Below are positions 1-9,269 of a stretch of DNA of 64,000 nt, piece by piece; positions within the stretch are counted from its first letter, which is position 1; every line of letters starts with the position of its first letter. A program made the translations under genes and the position numbers. Location: NCBI GenBank assembly GCA_041906785.1, contig JAYRIM010000029.1:1149-65148 (forward strand), in the 5' to 3' direction. The notes beneath the pieces are model-generated. The model searched no databases and was not told the origin of the DNA. It worked only from the letters and a program-made list of their open reading frames with translations. The stretch is from Candidatus Levyibacteriota bacterium. Lineage in GTDB: Bacteria; Patescibacteriota; Microgenomatia; Levybacterales; UBA12049.

Positions 1-291
1 ATACAGAGATTTAATATTATTTTTATCTTCATTCTTTCTTGCAAAAGAGTATCCAACGATTTTATTGTCTACTTTTGCGGTCCATCCACGTGATTTATTT
101 TTCGCAATTGCGTCTTTAACACCATTTATCCATTTTGTTGTTTTTTCTTTATCTTGAAAATATACGAGAATATCATTTCTTGTTATTCCAAATTCTTTAT
201 TGGGATACGTCGTCAACCAGACCTCTTTCTGAATAGAACGAATAAAATCGACCTCATCTACTCTACATAGATCAATTGAAAAAGTGATCAT
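1..291 (-). CDS. GNAT family N-acetyltransferase (partial, runs off window start)
   Basis: Manual translation from ATG at 291: MITFSIDLCRVDEVDFIRSIQKEVWLTTYPNKEFGIT...GWTAKVDNKIVGYSFA...NIKSLY; the W..TY and K.VG motifs are typical of GNAT proteins. Confidence 0.7.
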   Translation of the reverse strand, partial: MITFSIDLCRVDEVDFIRSIQKEVWLTTYPNKEFGITRNDILVYFQDKEKTTKWINGVKDAIAKNKSRGWTAKVDNKIVGYSFARKNEDKNNIKSLY

Positions 292-388
292 TAAAAAAGT
301 ATAGCAAAATCTGTCTTATTTTAGAGAAATACTTTCCAACAAAGTTACTCAAGGCTTGCTAACTCTAATTCAACTCTTATAGTCATTT

Positions 389-718
389 TTGATAAAATCA
401 GATTATATGCAATATGATCTACGAATTGGAAAGATAATTGAAATCGAAGAATTGAAAGATGCAAAATATACTACTCACAAACTAACGATAGATTTTGGTA
501 AAGAACTTGGTAAGAAAACTTCGCTTGCAAGTTTAGTTCGTTACAAAACAGAACAACTACTAGACAAGTTAGTAGTCGCCATTGTGAATCTACCTCCTAA
601 ACAAATAGGTACTCATATCTCAGAAGTTGTAATCTTAGGAACATCTAATACAAATGGGGAATGTATTCTAATTTCGCTCGACTCGGGCGATGTCGTAGTT
701 GGGGCAAAAGTTTATTAA
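389..718 (+). CDS. tRNA-binding OB-fold protein, CsaA/Trbp111-like
   Basis: DLRIGKI...KLTIDFG...VNLPPKQIG..SEVVILG motifs. Confidence 0.85.
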   Translation: MIKSDYMQYDLRIGKIIEIEELKDAKYTTHKLTIDFGKELGKKTSLASLVRYKTEQLLDKLVVAIVNLPPKQIGTHISEVVILGTSNTNGECILISLDSGDVVVGAKVY

Positions 719-780
719 ATCTACAATAACCTGTCTTTCTACTCTGTGCAGAGGGTTACGTACTAATACCTGCGTTTTTA

Positions 781-1308
781 TTAATACAATGAAGGATTCT
801 TGAACGGTATTAAGGCTAGAATAACAGCAGGTTCATAATACGATGTTCGTGTTAATACATCACCTGTAAGAATACCAACCGCTCCAGTTGTTTGTTTCGA
901 ATTGATTCTCCCAAAAACGATATCATCTGCTTCTCCTAACTCTTTTCCTTGTCTGATAAGTTCCGCAACCTTTTTTGGTAAGAAAAATGAACCTGTTCTT
1001 CCTTTTCCTTCCTTTCCATTTTTTGCTTTCACAACTATCCATGCAAAAGCCTCAAATTCTCCATCAATTTCTTCGAGGCCTCCTTCAATACCAACCCAAA
1101 AGTCAGCTTCTGGAACAAGCCTCGAGACATTCTCAGCTCTGTTAGTTGCTCCTTGCAAAGTCTCTTCTTCGCTCATTGGTTGATTTGAAACATTTGATAG
1201 TGCTGAGACACCGCTTATCTCAAACGTTGTATCTGGAAACATTTTCGCAAATCCGATTTCTGTGGTATTAATCTTAACAGGATTTGTGGAAGCAACAACT
1301 ACTTTCAT
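781..1308 (-). CDS. yjjX: inosine/xanthosine triphosphatase (non-canonical purine NTP phosphatase)
   Basis: VASTNPVK, QPM..EET..GA.NRA, VGIEGG, ELG..D, GAVGILT...TR motifs. Confidence 0.9.
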   Translation of the reverse strand: MKVVVASTNPVKINTTEIGFAKMFPDTTFEISGVSALSNVSNQPMSEEETLQGATNRAENVSRLVPEADFWVGIEGGLEEIDGEFEAFAWIVVKAKNGKEGKGRTGSFFLPKKVAELIRQGKELGEADDIVFGRINSKQTTGAVGILTGDVLTRTSYYEPAVILALIPFKNPSLY

Positions 1309-1326
1309 ATTTAACTAATATTGTTA

Positions 1327-1800
1327 TTATGACAAAACATTCTTATTAAGATACTCCATTAGCTCTTCAGCTCCATGAAAGTGTAGAGTTTTCAGTTTTG
1401 CCTTTTTAGCAGATTCAATATTCTCTAATGAATCGTCAATAAATAAAATCTCTTCTGGGTTCTTGCCAATTGATTCAGCAATTCTCGTATATACGTGTGG
1501 ATCTTTTTTACTGAATCCTAACTCTTCTGCTGAAAATATCTTTCGAAATATAGAATCTAATTCGCCTCTGATTTCTTGTGCGTTTTGAATACTACCACTA
1601 GTAAAAATATATAACTCCTTTATGCTTTTTATTGTGTTCAAATAATTGAGCAATTCTTTATTCAGTTCAAATGTACTAAGAAATGAGTAATTCTGCTCTT
1701 TTGAAAGATTCTTATGTAATGCATTTAGCCCTCCTTTGTACGTTTTATCTGTAGGAAAAAGTAATACGCGGGCAAGATCGAATAATAAAGTAGTAATCAT
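1327..1800 (-). CDS. HAD-superfamily hydrolase
   Basis: LLFDLARVL motif I (variant), K.DP, FIDDS.EN motif IV. Confidence 0.8.
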   Translation of the reverse strand: MITTLLFDLARVLLFPTDKTYKGGLNALHKNLSKEQNYSFLSTFELNKELLNYLNTIKSIKELYIFTSGSIQNAQEIRGELDSIFRKIFSAEELGFSKKDPHVYTRIAESIGKNPEEILFIDDSLENIESAKKAKLKTLHFHGAEELMEYLNKNVLS

Positions 1801-1894
1801 ACTTGTATTTTAGCAAAAATTAAAGAGAAAACGAGAGATCTATATTATTGATTGAATTTATATTTACCTCTTTATGGTATAATTAACCCGCTTT

Positions 1895-2524
1895 ATGTCT
1901 GTACGGAAAATAGCAGGTTTTTTTCGCCCTCGTAATGTGTCCGTATTATTATTAGGTGTTGCTCTGGTGACTGTCACATACGCTTCCACGCGTACATTAT
2001 CACAGAGAAAATATAGCGAAATTGTTACACCTACTATTCCTTATGCCCGTAGTGCTATATCAGCTAGATCTTTTAATCCGACAGAAACACCCATACACTT
2101 TTCTTTAGAGACATCCACGATAACTCTTACAATTGAACCGACCGACATACATGCTATCGGCACAGGAAATTCTGAAACAAGTTTACCAGAATTAGATAAT
2201 CCATCTCCTACCTTATCTATTACGCCTACAGCACAGGCTACGCCCACTGCTCAACTCACTGAAACTCCAGCAGAAACTCCTTCTCCTACTGATGATGCAT
2301 GTACTCCCGTAACATTCTCATTAGAAGAAAAAGATGACATAAAAACAGTGATAGTTCACGGAGCGTCGAAGATGAATGTTAAAGCAACACCAGAATGGTC
2401 CTCGGAAGATTTCGATCTTGAGAAAAATAATATATATTTACATTTCACTGTAGAAAACGCCACAGTGTATGTTTATGGAAAGAGATACGAAGATTCTCCG
2501 CTCTGTGATAAGTATACATTTTAA
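1895..2524 (+). CDS. hypothetical exported/membrane-anchored protein, Pro/Thr-rich linker
   Basis: N-terminal hydrophobic segment, TPT repeats; TATAAT at 1878-1883 just upstream. Confidence 0.65.
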   Translation: MSVRKIAGFFRPRNVSVLLLGVALVTVTYASTRTLSQRKYSEIVTPTIPYARSAISARSFNPTETPIHFSLETSTITLTIEPTDIHAIGTGNSETSLPELDNPSPTLSITPTAQATPTAQLTETPAETPSPTDDACTPVTFSLEEKDDIKTVIVHGASKMNVKATPEWSSEDFDLEKNNIYLHFTVENATVYVYGKRYEDSPLCDKYTF

Positions 2525-2570
2525 AGATACTCTCATTGACTCTATTCAATGATTTTGAAATACTAGATTT

Positions 2571-3842
2571 ATGGATCAAGATACTCAATCATCCTCCCCA
2601 ATGTCCCAGCAAATGCCTGTACAATCTTCTTCTCATAAATCACCTAAATTTGTCTTCATGTTTCTCATTATTATTTTAATTTGTTTGGGGCCTATTGTCG
2701 GTTTTTATCTCGGCAAGGGCTTTAGCAAACCTTCAGAAACGAAAAAAGATACTCCTCAGCCGACACCCACACAACAAATTACTCAATCAGTGTTTCCTAC
2801 AGTAGATCCTAACGAATTAAATAGTGGGGAGCAACGTGTTGAAATCTATGCACTCTCTAACCAAGCCTTACAAAAAACATTTGAATACTCGCTTCCTGGA
2901 AGTTCAATCTTTGGTGTTCTCAAGCCAAGCTTAGGTAAAGATAATAAATTATACTTTGCCGATAATTCGAGAATCTTACGCTATTCGTTTGATGCAAAAA
3001 ATGTAGAAAAAGTATATGAGCTTAGTAACCCAAATGAAGCGATTACTAAAATAGAAGCGTTATTCACACCGAATATGTATATCACGAAAGGTCCAAAAGA
3101 ATATGGTGAAAACTACGAATTCACTGTAGAAGAATTTAATCTTTTAACGAAAGCAAAGCGTGAATTTGGACCAATTCCCCCAGGAATTTACAGTAATACT
3201 GCATATATATATAAATATGGTAATTCAGATATTGTGTCTTCTTTTGGTGGCGATGGGTGTGGCGGAGGTGGACCAATCTATAAATATACAGGCAATCAAA
3301 AAACGGAAATCGTTACTATCGGATTTGGTTGTGCTGATGGGCCAGGGTATGTCGGAGTTCTTGAAGAAAAAGGGAGCTTACTGTTAGTGGATCGGAACGT
3401 AAATATGGAAACTGGAGACTTCCCTTCCGAAACACTTCTCACACTCTATGAATTACCATTGAATAATACGAATTCTAAAAATGAAATATTTAACTTTTCA
3501 TCGACACCAGTTGAAAAAGGACAATTGGTATTAAACAGTAATAAAAAAACAGTTGGCATTATTTCTTCTTCAGAAATATGGATTATAAATCTTCAATCAA
3601 AAGAAGTTATAAAGAAACTAACAGTAGCATCCTTTCCAAATCACCAATTGTTCTTAAACGGGAATATATTATATGGTATCGATTTTAATGATAAAAAGAT
3701 TATAATGCTTGATTTGGATACAGGAACACAAAAAGATATCGTTTGGGGAAATGTATTACCAGCTAATAGTGCTCCTATATTCCTTGGTACATCTAATAAT
3801 ACTCTTCTTCTTTACACAGTTATTTATAAACAGCAGAATTAA
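2571..3842 (+). CDS. hypothetical single-pass membrane protein with probable beta-propeller ectodomain
   Basis: TM helix near N-terminus, PTPT linker, beta-rich repeats, GGDGCGG motif. Confidence 0.65.
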   Translation: MDQDTQSSSPMSQQMPVQSSSHKSPKFVFMFLIIILICLGPIVGFYLGKGFSKPSETKKDTPQPTPTQQITQSVFPTVDPNELNSGEQRVEIYALSNQALQKTFEYSLPGSSIFGVLKPSLGKDNKLYFADNSRILRYSFDAKNVEKVYELSNPNEAITKIEALFTPNMYITKGPKEYGENYEFTVEEFNLLTKAKREFGPIPPGIYSNTAYIYKYGNSDIVSSFGGDGCGGGGPIYKYTGNQKTEIVTIGFGCADGPGYVGVLEEKGSLLLVDRNVNMETGDFPSETLLTLYELPLNNTNSKNEIFNFSSTPVEKGQLVLNSNKKTVGIISSSEIWIINLQSKEVIKKLTVASFPNHQLFLNGNILYGIDFNDKKIIMLDLDTGTQKDIVWGNVLPANSAPIFLGTSNNTLLLYTVIYKQQN

Positions 3843-4369
3843 ATAGGATCATCTTTTAATTTTAGTAGATAACCAATATATGTAACCCCAAGGTGTAACG
3901 CAAAAAAAAGTATAAATGCAAGAATATAAAAGGAGAGCGATAACCGGATATAAAAAAAGCTAAAAAATATTGCTCCCAGAATATAATCAATTTGGTCGAA
4001 CGGAAACCAGGCTTTTCCGGGTGCTCTACCGAGTTGCCGTTTAAAAAAACTTTTCACTGCATCCCCTACTAATGCGCCAAAACTGAGTAAAAAACCTAAG
4101 GCAATTGGGTGTGCTGGTAAGGCTGCAAAAAATTTTGGCGTAATCAAAGATTGAAGCACCGCAATAAGCATACCAACTAATGTACCTCCCACGAGTCCTC
4201 TCACAGTTTTATGCTCTCCAAAAATACGTATATCTCGAAATGTTTTATAAAAATCTAATGGATACGAATAAGTTTCTAAAAAGGAAATTTTTGCTATAAC
4301 AACAGGTATCATGTTTGCTATTCCAGCAGGAAGAAAAAACCAAAAAGTAAAAAAAATATCCTGAAACAT
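3839..4369 (-). CDS. CDP-archaeol synthase (CarS/DUF46)-like cytidylyltransferase
   Basis: PAGIANMIPV, PLD...R.FG.HKT.RG, GALVGD.VKSFFKRQLG..PG..W.PFDQIDY signature; start moved to ATG 4369. Confidence 0.85.
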   Translation of the reverse strand: MFQDIFFTFWFFLPAGIANMIPVVIAKISFLETYSYPLDFYKTFRDIRIFGEHKTVRGLVGGTLVGMLIAVLQSLITPKFFAALPAHPIALGFLLSFGALVGDAVKSFFKRQLGRAPGKAWFPFDQIDYILGAIFFSFFYIRLSLSFYILAFILFFALHLGVTYIGYLLKLKDDPI

Positions 4370-4432
4370 AATATTTTTTCCAAAAAATTGCGCGACCCCG
4401 CTCAGCGGGGGAAGCAATCTCTCAATTCAAAA

Positions 4433-4506
4433 CTGTCATGCTGAGCGTTAGCGAAGCATCTTTCTCAAAGATCCTTCTCCCGATTTGCATCGGGATCAGG
4501 ATGACA
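4433..4506. repeat. GTCAT...ATGAC palindromic (REP-like) element with nested TCCCGAT/ATCGGGA hairpin
   Basis: TGTCATGCTGAGC..GCGAAGCATCT..AGATCCTTC..TCAGGATGACA; supplies the stop codon of the DAG kinase gene. Confidence 0.8.
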
Positions 4507-5416
4507 AATTGAATGCAATCGTCGGCGATGTTTTATCAATATGTTTATTATAAAGAAACGTTATTTTCTTTTTCAGTATTTCTATTTCTACACCTTTCCG
4601 CTGTAAAACAGGATCGCCATCTACTTGTACAAACGGCTCACCTTCTATACGAATATGAGATGCTTTAAAATGCACTTTCCCCACTCTCGAATATAGTGGG
4701 TGTCTAAAACCGCGTAAGCGAAGATTACGAATATACGCATATTTCGTTGAGAAAACAGTACAATCAAGAAACCCATCATTTAGTTTTGCTGCAGATGCTA
4801 CGAGATAATTCTGCCCGAGAATCGGTCCATTGGCTACCATTAATGACGAAACAGTTGCGTTTAATGTAACTGCATGGTCTATCGTAAATGTAATATCTCT
4901 ATGTGGATGTTTTACGACGCTATGAAGTGCTGCAAATATATAAGAAGGAAGACCAATATACTGATTTTTATTTCGGTCATGAACAATACGAGCATCAAAT
5001 CCGGCGCTGATATTAAATAAACCGATAGGAAAATCGGGAAGATTTGTCCTCATTACATCGATTGTAACTGAAGGAGAAACATGTTGAATCGTTTGTAATG
5101 CTTTTTCAATTGTATCAACACCAAAACAGTATGCCATAGCATTTCCAAACCCTAACGGAATAACTGCAAGTGTCGGTTTTTGTTTTAATGGTAGAACTGC
5201 CCCAGCGACTTTCGTGATAGTCCCATCTCCCGCAGCAATAACAATGAGAGAAGGGTTTTTCTGTTTTAGAAACGATGAAATATCACCTATCTGAGAAAAA
5301 TCATAGGCATTTTTCTTTATAAACGGATGTGTTGCAACAATTTTCTCCCAATTTTTCTTTGCTTTTCCCTGATTTGAATAGGGATTGTATAAGTATAAAA
5401 TGTTTTTATATTTCAT
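4496..5416 (-). CDS. diacylglycerol/lipid kinase family protein
   Basis: YNP.S..G, AAGDGTI, IPLGFGNAMA, SAGFDA, ANG, QVDGDP motifs. Confidence 0.9.
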   Translation of the reverse strand: MKYKNILYLYNPYSNQGKAKKNWEKIVATHPFIKKNAYDFSQIGDISSFLKQKNPSLIVIAAGDGTITKVAGAVLPLKQKPTLAVIPLGFGNAMAYCFGVDTIEKALQTIQHVSPSVTIDVMRTNLPDFPIGLFNISAGFDARIVHDRNKNQYIGLPSYIFAALHSVVKHPHRDITFTIDHAVTLNATVSSLMVANGPILGQNYLVASAAKLNDGFLDCTVFSTKYAYIRNLRLRGFRHPLYSRVGKVHFKASHIRIEGEPFVQVDGDPVLQRKGVEIEILKKKITFLYNKHIDKTSPTIAFNLSS

Positions 5417-5519
5417 TTTAAATTGTCTTATTATTATATTGCTATATTGTTACCTTCTCCCAAAAGGAGAAGGTTGTGATGAGGGAACAATATAAAAATA
5501 TAACAATATAACAATTGTT

Positions 5520-6179
5520 TTATAATCTCATTCTTTTTCTCAGCCGATTATATAACGGCGACATATATGAGAAAACAGAAGGATGTTCTTCTTTCAGATC
5601 TGCATGCAAAAGTAAATTTACAAGATTTTTTTTCGTTACTTTTTCTGAAACCATACTATATGCAGATCCTAATCCGATAAACCCATGAGCATCACTGCTC
5701 GCAGCACATGCTTTAGTATGTTGTTTAGCCAGATTTAATGCTTCCATATTTTTCCATCGACCAAAGGCTCTCGCGTTAAAAACCTCGATAATATCGATAT
5801 CAAATATAAGATGCTCTAGTGTATTTTTCTGTAATCCTTTTCTCACTTTTTCAAAAGGATGAGGAATATATACCAAACCTTCCTGCTCGTGAATGTTATA
5901 GATCGTTCGTTCTACAGATAAACCTGGTTTAATTAAGGTTTCTAAAAAAAGCCCTATGATCTCTCCTTCTTCTGTCATGATTTCTTCGCCAACGATAATC
6001 GAATCACCATGTTTTTTATGCAATTCCTGAGCAAATAAAATCTGATTATGGTCTGTTATGGCTATATAATCGAGTAAACCGGATGTAATAGCTCGCTCAT
6101 AACTTTCAACAGAAATTCCACCGTCATGTGAAGATATAGAATGCGTATGAAGATCAATGGTATACTTATGCTTAATCAT
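5520..6179 (-). CDS. PHP-domain phosphoesterase
   Basis: DLHTHS..SHDG, AITDHN, GEE, HPF, EVFNAR, SSDAH. Confidence 0.9.
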   Translation of the reverse strand: MIKHKYTIDLHTHSISSHDGGISVESYERAITSGLLDYIAITDHNQILFAQELHKKHGDSIIVGEEIMTEEGEIIGLFLETLIKPGLSVERTIYNIHEQEGLVYIPHPFEKVRKGLQKNTLEHLIFDIDIIEVFNARAFGRWKNMEALNLAKQHTKACAASSDAHGFIGLGSAYSMVSEKVTKKNLVNLLLHADLKEEHPSVFSYMSPLYNRLRKRMRL

Positions 6180-6774
6180 GTTAACTGTAAAAAAATCGCT
6201 GGTTGAGCAATATACGAAAAGAATTGCTGTTTATTTCCCTAATACTAACCCAAATACTATTACAATACTAGGTCTCCTCTTCCCTTTTCTTTTTTTCTTT
6301 TTTCTGGTCACGAAACAGTATCTTTTCGCACTCGTGATTTTTCCGGGAAATGCGTTCGATATGCTCGACGGCGCTATAGCGCGCTTATATAAAAAAACCA
6401 CAGCTTTTGGTGCACTTTTAGACTCCACATTAGATCGACTATCTGATGGTTTAATCATTAGTGCATTTGGATTTGCACAAATTGTAAGATGGGAAATTAT
6501 TATCCCGTTACTCGTTACATCATATCTTATTAGTTATATCCGTTCCCGAGCAGAGCTGGCAGCAGAAAAGAAAATTTCTTTAGCGGTAGGATGGGTTGAA
6601 CGGACAGAACGGCTCATCTTCCTTTTTCTGGCTCTTCTGTTTTTTATCCTCTTCCCAACCTTTTCCTTCTTATCATTCAATAGCGCGGAAGATATACTGA
6701 TTCTTCTTACAATCTTTTCAATTTTTACTGTCTATCAAAGAATGAACTTTGCAAAAAAAGAATTATCCAGATAA
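6178..6774 (+). CDS. CDP-alcohol phosphatidyltransferase (archaetidylinositol-phosphate/PI synthase-like)
   Basis: PNTIT..G, D.LDGAIAR...T..GALLDSTLDR.SD, SYIRSRAE, G..ERTER; start ATG 6178 preferred over 6157. Confidence 0.9.
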   Translation: MLTVKKSLVEQYTKRIAVYFPNTNPNTITILGLLFPFLFFFFLVTKQYLFALVIFPGNAFDMLDGAIARLYKKTTAFGALLDSTLDRLSDGLIISAFGFAQIVRWEIIIPLLVTSYLISYIRSRAELAAEKKISLAVGWVERTERLIFLFLALLFFILFPTFSFLSFNSAEDILILLTIFSIFTVYQRMNFAKKELSR

Positions 6775-6863
6775 TAGTTTCGCTTTTGATACATTTGATA
6801 CTTTTTCTATTTTTCTTTCGTCTTGACATTTTAGCCTTCTAGTGAAATACTCAGCCTACAAAA

Positions 6864-7595
6864 ATGGGTGCATCCAAATCGCTACTTTTTATAATTGGGC
6901 TAATAGGATTAGTAATCATATTATTTCTTGGTTTTTATATTGGGATTCAATATCAAGAAAGAATAACGAAAGAACGACTAGAGAACTCAACACCGACAGT
7001 GACACCGAAGCCGACCATCACGCCGACGCCCACACCAAAACCTTCTCCTACTCCTAGCCCCTTTCCAGGAGGAGTAACAAATAACGATGAATCCACAGTC
7101 GTTTTCGAATGGGCTACCTATGTAAACACGAAACATAAATATACAGTAACCTATCCGAAAACATGGAGTATTGATACGAGTGAAGCAGATAAAGAAGAAG
7201 ACTTCACAGATGGATCATGTTGTAATTCGGCAAAACTGCGTTTATTAAATAAGCATGTACTATGGGAATTCGTTGTTAATCCATCACCAGTTGTTAATAT
7301 AGGCCCGAAAGAATGCAAGTCGAGTAAAGTCGTATGTGATTTTACAAATACACCGATAAAAGTTATGGGTCTACAATTACAACGTACCATTATCCGATTA
7401 AAAAAGCCTAATAAGATTCTGGAGGCGTATATCAGTACTCCAGGGAAAGGTGAAGGGTTCGGCCAGGTCGGAATCACAAATCAATTTACTACTCCAACGC
7501 AAGTAAAATATACTTTAAATTATTATGGAGATTCTATGGATAAATACATGATGATTCTCGATACGATCACCGAAAACCTCCAACCCACACCATAA
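6864..7595 (+). CDS. hypothetical membrane-anchored protein (PT linker, PsbP-like Y...YP..W segment)
   Basis: N-terminal TM, (PT)n, WATYVNTKHKYTVTYPKTW. Confidence 0.65.
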   Translation: MGASKSLLFIIGLIGLVIILFLGFYIGIQYQERITKERLENSTPTVTPKPTITPTPTPKPSPTPSPFPGGVTNNDESTVVFEWATYVNTKHKYTVTYPKTWSIDTSEADKEEDFTDGSCCNSAKLRLLNKHVLWEFVVNPSPVVNIGPKECKSSKVVCDFTNTPIKVMGLQLQRTIIRLKKPNKILEAYISTPGKGEGFGQVGITNQFTTPTQVKYTLNYYGDSMDKYMMILDTITENLQPTP

Positions 7596-7654
7596 CTCTT
7601 CTATTATAGGTTGCCTTCTCTACAATTCTTTGCTATGATCAGGAAGCCTCTTTA

Positions 7655-7947
7655 TTGACAAGACCTCTATAGGTTTATTGTGGGTAAAAAGGCATTGCTC
7701 TTTAATACTGATGGATTTACGTTTCGGAATACAGGCTCTATGGGAAGAAAAAAGTTTCCAGTTTCTAATTTCGAATTTCCAATTAGTTACAAGTTTATGA
7801 ATTAATAAATTAATTGGAAAATGGAGATTCGAAATTGGAAATTTCTCTTTCTTTAGAGCTTGTGTTCCAAGGGTGCAGGGACCCAGGGAATAGCTCGAGA
7901 CAGTCACCGTTGACTATCAGATCTAGACCATAGAAAGGGTTAGTGAT
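7655..7947 (+). promoter_or_regulatory. cassette A leader: promoter, boxA-like motif, long hairpin, SD-like site
   Basis: TTGACA 7655-7660; TGCTCTTTAA 7696-7705; GGAATACAGGCTCTA 7726-7740 pairs with TAGAGCTTGTGTTCC 7854-7868 (2 G-U); AAAGGG before ATG. Confidence 0.7.
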
Positions 7948-8355
7948 ATGACAACCTCAACAACTGAGGAACCTGCCGATCGCACAGGTGACGGCGAACC
8001 CGCTGATAAGCCCATCGCTAGCGCGATGGCAACGGACGGAGAGACGACCGAATACTGGATGCTCGGCCGCAATTGGGTAGCCGAGCGCTGTGAGTTCGCC
8101 TCCACTTCCACTTGCCGTGCTGTACTGTTTGCCTGGAATGGCTTCGGTTCGCTGACACGCGTTCGCGTGGAACTTCCAGAAGGCTATGCCGACTACCGTT
8201 CGGGCCAACCGCCGGTGTTCAAAGGGTTAGGCAGCGCACTCGCTCTCTTCCCGCCGGCTCTCTCAGCAAGGGTACAAGAACTCCTGGGCGTTCCGCTCCC
8301 ATGGCAGATTGATTTTGGGCGTGCAGCCCAACTCGTCTACGACTCTCGTCGGTAA
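7948..8355 (+). CDS. GC-rich orphan protein (cassette A)
   Basis: 135-aa ORF with purine-rich SD-like site, enclosed by a long-range stem; no recognised family. Confidence 0.65.
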   Translation: MTTSTTEEPADRTGDGEPADKPIASAMATDGETTEYWMLGRNWVAERCEFASTSTCRAVLFAWNGFGSLTRVRVELPEGYADYRSGQPPVFKGLGSALALFPPALSARVQELLGVPLPWQIDFGRAAQLVYDSRR

Positions 8356-8367
8356 GCATCTCTATCC

Positions 8368-8493
8368 CGCAAGTTCATCAGTAAAGCACCGTGAATCGGT
8401 GCAGAGAGGAGGTCGCATGGCCTTTTACCCCCGATGTACTTCGGGGGATGAAAAAGCCACTGTGGCCACCCCTGCTACCCACGGTGCTTTTTC
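8368..8493 (+). other. structured 3' trailer of cassette A
   Basis: 3' arm CGCAAGTTCATCAGTA 8368-8383; hairpins GCACCG/CGGTGC and CCCCGA/TCGGGG; AAAGCACCGTG/CACGGTGCTTT followed by a T run. Confidence 0.6.
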
Positions 8494-8504
8494 ATGGAAA
8501 AAAA

Positions 8505-8900
8505 TCATGGTTTTAAAAACATCGGCCATTGGCCATTCAGACATTTACTAAATCCCATCTTCTCAAAAAATACATCCTTATCCGTAATTGCTAGTACCTC
8601 ATAAATTTTCTTTTCTGTTGCTTCTCGTACACAGGCATTGACTAACTGTCTTCCTATACTTTTTCCTTGATATTGCGGAGTAACAACTAATGACCGAATC
8701 TCAGCAAGCTTGGGGCTGTAAATCTCAAGAGAACAGCAACCTACCACCTTCCCATCTGTTTCAAAAACATAAAAATTTTTAATAACCTTTTTAATCTCAT
8801 CTTTTGATCGAGGAAGAACTTTTCCATTCTTCGCAGCAAAGGAAATAAGTGAAAAGACGAAATCTATATCTTCAATAGTATTCTTTGCTTTACGTAACAT
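8505..8900 (-). CDS. GNAT acetyltransferase, ArgA/amino-acid N-acetyltransferase-like
   Basis: LPRS, VVGCCSLEI...AEIRSLVV...QGKSIGRQLV, FFEKMGF; start ATG 8900 preferred. Confidence 0.85.
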   Translation of the reverse strand: MLRKAKNTIEDIDFVFSLISFAAKNGKVLPRSKDEIKKVIKNFYVFETDGKVVGCCSLEIYSPKLAEIRSLVVTPQYQGKSIGRQLVNACVREATEKKIYEVLAITDKDVFFEKMGFSKCLNGQWPMFLKP

Positions 8901-8931
8901 ATTGTTCAGTATACCGTATATTTTTTCCACG

Positions 8932-8961
8932 AAAAAGCCGCCTCTCTCCAGAAGGCGGCTT
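8932..8961 (-). terminator. intrinsic terminator of cassette B
   Basis: AAGCCGCC/GGCGGCTT stem followed by a U-tract on the minus strand. Confidence 0.75.
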
Positions 8962-8984
8962 ATGATTGAAGCGATTGATGGATG

Positions 8985-9269
8985 CTAATAAATTCTGTGA
9001 CGACTTGTTGCCGGTTTGGCCACCGGCTGCCAGTCCCGCAAATGCGGAAACTGACAATAAAATGACTCTAGAGCCTGCTGGTAGCTGCCGCTTTCTAAAG
9101 CATTCAACGGCGTGCCATCGAGGTTTTGAACCTCCTTAGTCAACCATTGAATCAGTTCAGGCGTTTCCCCGAGAGCAACAACTCTCTCCAGTAACGCCAA
9201 GGCGAATGTGTCATTTGCCTCTGCCAGCAACTCGATAACTCGAACAAATGGATCCATAGTGCTCTCCAT
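8985..9269 (-). CDS. orphan protein resembling Xre/MbcA/ParS antitoxin C-terminal domain (cassette B)
   Basis: QWLTKEVQNLDG-TPLNALESG resembles the WL..P...L.G.TP...L..G pattern of DUF2384. Confidence 0.5.
   Translation of the reverse strand: MESTMDPFVRVIELLAEANDTFALALLERVVALGETPELIQWLTKEVQNLDGTPLNALESGSYQQALESFYCQFPHLRDWQPVAKPATSRHRIY

Noticed and set aside
7620-7907. 95-aa minus-strand ORF (also 15401-15604 and 11247-11654)
   Set aside because: Translations of repeat hairpins or structured leaders; low-complexity, better explained as non-coding or shadow frames.
7923-8312. Alternative overlapping ORFs in the GC-rich cassettes (also 14678-15185, 11820-12674)
   Set aside because: GC-rich DNA has few stops; only the frames with SD, promoter and signal features were kept.
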